From IMG/VR virus record IMGVR_UViG_3300028586_000786: a stretch of 64,000 nt of DNA; one strand, 5' to 3'. The notes below the pieces were generated by a model that saw only the letters and a list, made by a program, of their open reading frames with translations, ran no database searches and was not told the origin of the DNA. The stretch is from an uncultured virus (IMG/VR IMGVR_UViG_3300028586_000786) (taxonomy: Duplodnaviria; Heunggongvirae; Uroviricota; Caudoviricetes). The position numbers and the translations under genes were made by a program. Positions 60,339 to 64,000 of the stretch are shown here, in pieces (position 1 is the stretch's first letter; each line of letters opens with the position of its first letter).

Positions 60339-60402
60339 CTAAGTCCAGAGTGAGGGGAAGAATCAATGTAGCCATCGGATTTATTGCCGTGGTGCCACAG
60401 CG

Positions 60403-60786
60403 TCAGATAGTATCCAAGTAGCAAGTGCGCGGGAGGCCCTCGTCGAAGAGCGCTTCGTCGAAATAGCTGACGACCACGTGTGGCAACTCCCTCTTTACGG
60501 CGCAAGCAATGGACAGGCCCTCACGGGCGAAGGCTGAGCGTGTGGCGGCATTGGCTTCGCCGGCGGGATTGCTGAGAATGTCACGCTCGAACCAGATAAT
60601 CCATGCAGTCAGGCGGGCGCGTAGCTCCACAGAAAGGCCAAACGCCTCAGGGTCGCACTCGCGCACGGGAACGTCACGCCAGGCGCCGCCAGCAGGTGTC
60701 CGGGGCGTCCAGAGGCCGTTCGAGGCGAACTCGGCCATTACACGCAGATGGAACGGGGCAGTGCCGGGGTGGGGGAGGGCGGTCAT
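60403..60786 (-). CDS. hypothetical protein
   Basis: LRVMAEF...LW...LS.EL...L..W pattern. Confidence 0.55.
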   Translation of the reverse strand: MTALPHPGTAPFHLRVMAEFASNGLWTPRTPAGGAWRDVPVRECDPEAFGLSVELRARLTAWIIWFERDILSNPAGEANAATRSAFAREGLSIACAVKRELPHVVVSYFDEALFDEGLPRTCYLDTI

Positions 60787-60986
60787 GAGTAGTCTTTCAG
60801 GAATAGCGGCAGCATCTGGACGAAGCCAGAGGGCGCGGCGCCGGCGGGATGCCAGTGCAATTCTTGAAGACAGCCCGACTGAGAGAGTGCGGGGGGGCAG
60901 GCGGTATATCGCATGTTGCTTATATGTGCGACTCGATGCCAAGAAAAAGCCGTGCGCGCAAGGATGCGGCACGGCTATGAAGGGTG

Positions 60987-62498
60987 TTACTGCGGGTCTT
61001 GACCTGACGTACCAAGTGCCCAGATAGTGACTCGGCCGGTAGCCGGATGCACCTTGACGGATTGGCCCGGGCTGAGCTTGGAGCAGGCTCCGTCCATGCG
61101 CATGATTGGCTTGTCCTGCTCGCGGCAGACCGTCACCAGGTGAGCGAGACGTCCGCCCGCTTCGCAAACAACTGCACCGGCCGCCATCGCCTGGAGTTCG
61201 AACTCAACACCTGCATGGGGCACCACGAGGATGCTGTTGCGGTCGATATTCTCGCTGTCGGCAAATACGACGGTTCCCGAAACTTCCGGGCCGCGCGCCA
61301 GCACCTGCACTTCGAAGTTGAGCAATGTGCGCTGTACTTCGAACATCATGTCCAGGATAGCCCGATACTCACGGCTGTCATGGCGATAGGTCTTGGCGTC
61401 GATGGCGAAGCCGCAACCGAGCCAGACGTCCGTATGGAACGGGTTGTCCTCAGCCGTCTTGAAGCTGTCCGGGCTGATTGCCTCGTATTGCGGCATCAGG
61501 GCATGGGCCGACGTCTGCGAGAGCGCGTAGCAGTACAACGCCCGCTTTGGTGCCCGCAGGGACAAGTACGTACCATCCTTCGGGTCGCGCCAGCGATAGT
61601 CCTGCCAGCCGTACTCGCTGTCGCCATCGGCAAACGCAGTGATGCGTTCACGCAGCGCCAGAGCTTCTGCTTGTTGGCGGGCGGCGAAGGCTTCCGATGC
61701 TGCATGTTCAGCAGCGAGCTTTGCTTCCAAGTCCTGCTGTTCTTCCGCAGAAAGGGAGGCTGTGGCCGCGACCGGCTCAGGCTTTGCTGCTTCGTCCGGA
61801 TGGATGAAGCCATAGCGCTGGGCATAGCCGCTGGTAGGCAGGTAGCTGCGCGCCGACTCATACGCCTTCTTGAAGCAGGTGTTGTCGTTTTCGCGCCAGA
61901 AGGGTGCTACCCCTTCGGCGACCTGGCGGAACAGAACGATTACGTCATTCTGCCGGGTGCGGCTCATCAAAATGGCTCGGTCGGTGCGCGGATTGTCGGC
62001 GTAGTGCATGGCACGCAGCTCCAGGGAGCGAGCTGGCAGAACAGTCGCGTATGCCGACTTCGCGTACACCGATTCCAATTCCGACGTCCATCGTTCACGC
62101 CTGACGAAGCAAGGCATTGCACTGTCCCGGTACTCCGGCAGTGCCAGTGCATGGTGGAAGTCGGCCTTGCCCAGTGTGTCAAGCACCAAGTAAGGCTCGT
62201 ACATCACTTTGCCGTCCCGGACGAACTGGCCCAGGCAATATTCGGCGGTGTATCGCTCCTGCAGCTGCTGCATGACGTCAGGGTCTTCCGCCACCATCAG
62301 GATGGTGTCGTTTTCGCCTGTCAGCTTGAAGCGGCCTTCGATGATGCCAATGGCTTGGTCGTAGCTCATGCCGACCAGGTTGTCGACCAGGTGGGCGAGG
62401 GCGCCTTTCCAGTCGCCATCACCCATGCGCTCGCGCGCTTGTTCGGTCAGGCTGGCACCGCGGATGGTAAAGGAAATCATGTGGCTTGTAACGGTCAT
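60987..62498 (-). CDS. unknown domain fused to PEP-utilising mobile domain, paralogue 2
   Basis: GAVVCEAGGRLAHLVTVCRE; full-length similarity to 39982-41460; TCGCTACAC-N5-AGGACAAC upstream. Confidence 0.8.
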   Translation of the reverse strand: MTVTSHMISFTIRGASLTEQARERMGDGDWKGALAHLVDNLVGMSYDQAIGIIEGRFKLTGENDTILMVAEDPDVMQQLQERYTAEYCLGQFVRDGKVMYEPYLVLDTLGKADFHHALALPEYRDSAMPCFVRRERWTSELESVYAKSAYATVLPARSLELRAMHYADNPRTDRAILMSRTRQNDVIVLFRQVAEGVAPFWRENDNTCFKKAYESARSYLPTSGYAQRYGFIHPDEAAKPEPVAATASLSAEEQQDLEAKLAAEHAASEAFAARQQAEALALRERITAFADGDSEYGWQDYRWRDPKDGTYLSLRAPKRALYCYALSQTSAHALMPQYEAISPDSFKTAEDNPFHTDVWLGCGFAIDAKTYRHDSREYRAILDMMFEVQRTLLNFEVQVLARGPEVSGTVVFADSENIDRNSILVVPHAGVEFELQAMAAGAVVCEAGGRLAHLVTVCREQDKPIMRMDGACSKLSPGQSVKVHPATGRVTIWALGTSGQDPQ

Positions 62499-62564
62499 GG
62501 GGGTGTCCTTGGAAAAAGTAGTTGTCCTCGTAGGTGTAGCGATTGCTCCGGCGAGTTGCTAGAC

Positions 62565-62768
62565 TAAGCCTAGGCCATAGAGACAGCCCACCGGTCGGGC
62601 CTTCGGGTACGGTAAATCCTCTGTGTATTTCCCCTGGTTTCGAATCTACCCATCTCAAAATGCTGGGACGTTTCAACCTAAGCCAATCCGACCACCTTTT
62701 AGACCCTCTGTCAGTTGAACCGTCCTGGCGAATGGAGAGCATTCGACATGACCAAGGAAACTATCACC
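62565..62768 (+). ncRNA. candidate structured leader RNA D
   Basis: GCC-TTCG-GGT-ACGG; CCCATC; about 15-bp stem (62662-77/62714-29) enclosing 36 nt. Confidence 0.55.
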
Positions 62769-63911
62769 ATGAACCAAAACGAAATCGAACTGAAGGCTAT
62801 CGCCAAGGCAGTCGGCGGCTCGCTCAAGCGAGCTGGCCACAGCGTTCCGCACAGCACCGTTTTGCATGCCGTGTCGGCCGCGCTCAACAAGCGTGACTGG
62901 CACAAGCTGAAGGCATCGCTCGAGGGGAAATCTGCAGCCCCGGCCACAAACCAGGATGCGAAGGCGCCCTCGACCGATATCTTCGGCATCGCGCGACAGC
63001 GCTACTCGGAGCGCACGCTCTTCGCACTTGCGCTGGCGCTCGCTTGCGGCTCCCCGGTTTCACCGGTGCCGGAGACGGACGAATTGGCCCTTGCTGCAGC
63101 GCGGGCGAACTTCCCTGCGGGGATTGACGGTGTGCTGTCCTGGAAGGGCTGGAATACGCCCGTGACGATGAACCCTCTTACGAGCGACATCGACGCAGGG
63201 GACTTCACACCTGAAACCGAGGCTGTTGGGCTCATGACGCTGAACCTGCCCGGCATCGAGCAACCGCTCAAGCTGGAAGTGGCGTTCAGCAAGAAGGAGA
63301 AAATCTGGTATCTCACGCAAGAGGGAGCGACTCAGGCGTATGCTCAGCTGCAAGTAGCTGTGCCGCTCACTGAGCTGTTCCCCCCGGTGATGCCGGGTGA
63401 GACCATCCGCGCCGAATTCTGGACGGACGACCGGGTTGTGGAGTGCGAGTTCGATGCACGGCCTTTCTTCATGCAGGCAACTGCGCATGAGATTGGTGGC
63501 ATTATCGGCTGCGGCTATCGGGGAGACTATCCTACCGATGCCATTGCTCAGTACGTCTCCGACAAGCACCTGGACGCGACGCTCGAGAGTGGTTTCGACT
63601 ACATCGGGCTGATGCAAAAAGCCGGTCGCGAGGATGCGCCAGGCTTCGAGTGCAGCGTGGACCAGGAAAGCATGCTCAACTGGCTCGACAAGTACCGCCA
63701 TGAGGAGCTTGCCATCGCCTTGTGCGAGAAGGTCGGCTACTTCCATGAGGAAGAGGAAGAGTTCATGGGTGGCGTCGAAGGCTACGCTTTCGTCCTGACC
63801 GGTGAAGAGTACCAACCAGGTGCGCCGCTGTATGGCTCTACCGGAGATGCTGCCATGGTGGCCTACCGGGAACTGAACCTGCTCGAGAAAGCGTTGAGCA
63901 ACGAGCTGTAA
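62769..63911 (+). CDS. paralogue D: shared N-terminal helical domain plus long distinct C-terminus
   Basis: LKAIAKAVGGSLKRAGHSVPHSTVLHAVSAALNKRDWHKL; CAAGGA SD. Confidence 0.8.
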   Translation: MNQNEIELKAIAKAVGGSLKRAGHSVPHSTVLHAVSAALNKRDWHKLKASLEGKSAAPATNQDAKAPSTDIFGIARQRYSERTLFALALALACGSPVSPVPETDELALAAARANFPAGIDGVLSWKGWNTPVTMNPLTSDIDAGDFTPETEAVGLMTLNLPGIEQPLKLEVAFSKKEKIWYLTQEGATQAYAQLQVAVPLTELFPPVMPGETIRAEFWTDDRVVECEFDARPFFMQATAHEIGGIIGCGYRGDYPTDAIAQYVSDKHLDATLESGFDYIGLMQKAGREDAPGFECSVDQESMLNWLDKYRHEELAIALCEKVGYFHEEEEEFMGGVEGYAFVLTGEEYQPGAPLYGSTGDAAMVAYRELNLLEKALSNEL

Positions 63912-64000
63912 TCGACTAAAGTTATTCACCAAAACCCGCCGGCCATCGGCTGCGCGGGGTGTTATCGAAAAGTGAGGGAATGTATGCAAGTAGGCACGAT

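Noticed and set aside
392..62564. Reading the motif as a plain sigmaS/sigma70 -10 or as integron attC sites
   Set aside because: The -7 T is not conserved, there is no attC-type palindrome or GTTRRRY core, and no integrase is present in the window.
31491..62768. Retron msr-msd or DGR interpretation of the leaders
   Set aside because: No reverse transcriptase is recognisable in the window and no template/variable repeat pair was seen.
1..64000. Prophage call, tRNA or rRNA genes
   Set aside because: No capsid, terminase, tail, integrase or cloverleaf/rRNA sequence was recognised; plasmid versus phage cannot be decided from this window.

Overview
This window is a dense mosaic of roughly 75 mostly monocistronic, mostly hypothetical genes that switch strand often. 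It has no rRNA, tRNA, CRISPR-cas, transposase, integrase or phage structural genes that I can recognise. Host-type genes occur outside their normal operons: ftsH, tdk, rpoZ, thioredoxin, H-NS, Pth2, an HDAC-family deacylase, ADP-ribosylglycohydrolase and an FMN glutamate-synthase-family protein. This, plus a Burkholderiaceae-like RpoZ, suggests an accessory region of a betaproteobacterial megaplasmid or jumbo-phage-like replicon (inference). Four non-coding patterns stand out. (1) A bipartite motif, (T/G)CGCTAYAC-N5-AGGACAAC, lies about 25-40 nt upstream of more than 30 start codons and may be an element-specific promoter. (2) Four dispersed paralogues share a short N-terminal helical domain with unrelated C-termini; each has a 173-204 nt leader with a conserved predicted RNA structure and a variable 31-42 nt loop, a candidate new ncRNA-protein system. 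(3) Three phased 17-bp direct repeats plus one inverted copy bracket a single gene. (4) A PIN-like gene is flanked by identical 24-bp terminators. Two paralogous proteins fuse an unknown ~400-aa region to a phosphohistidine swivel domain. All family calls are from motif recognition by eye; no searches were run.
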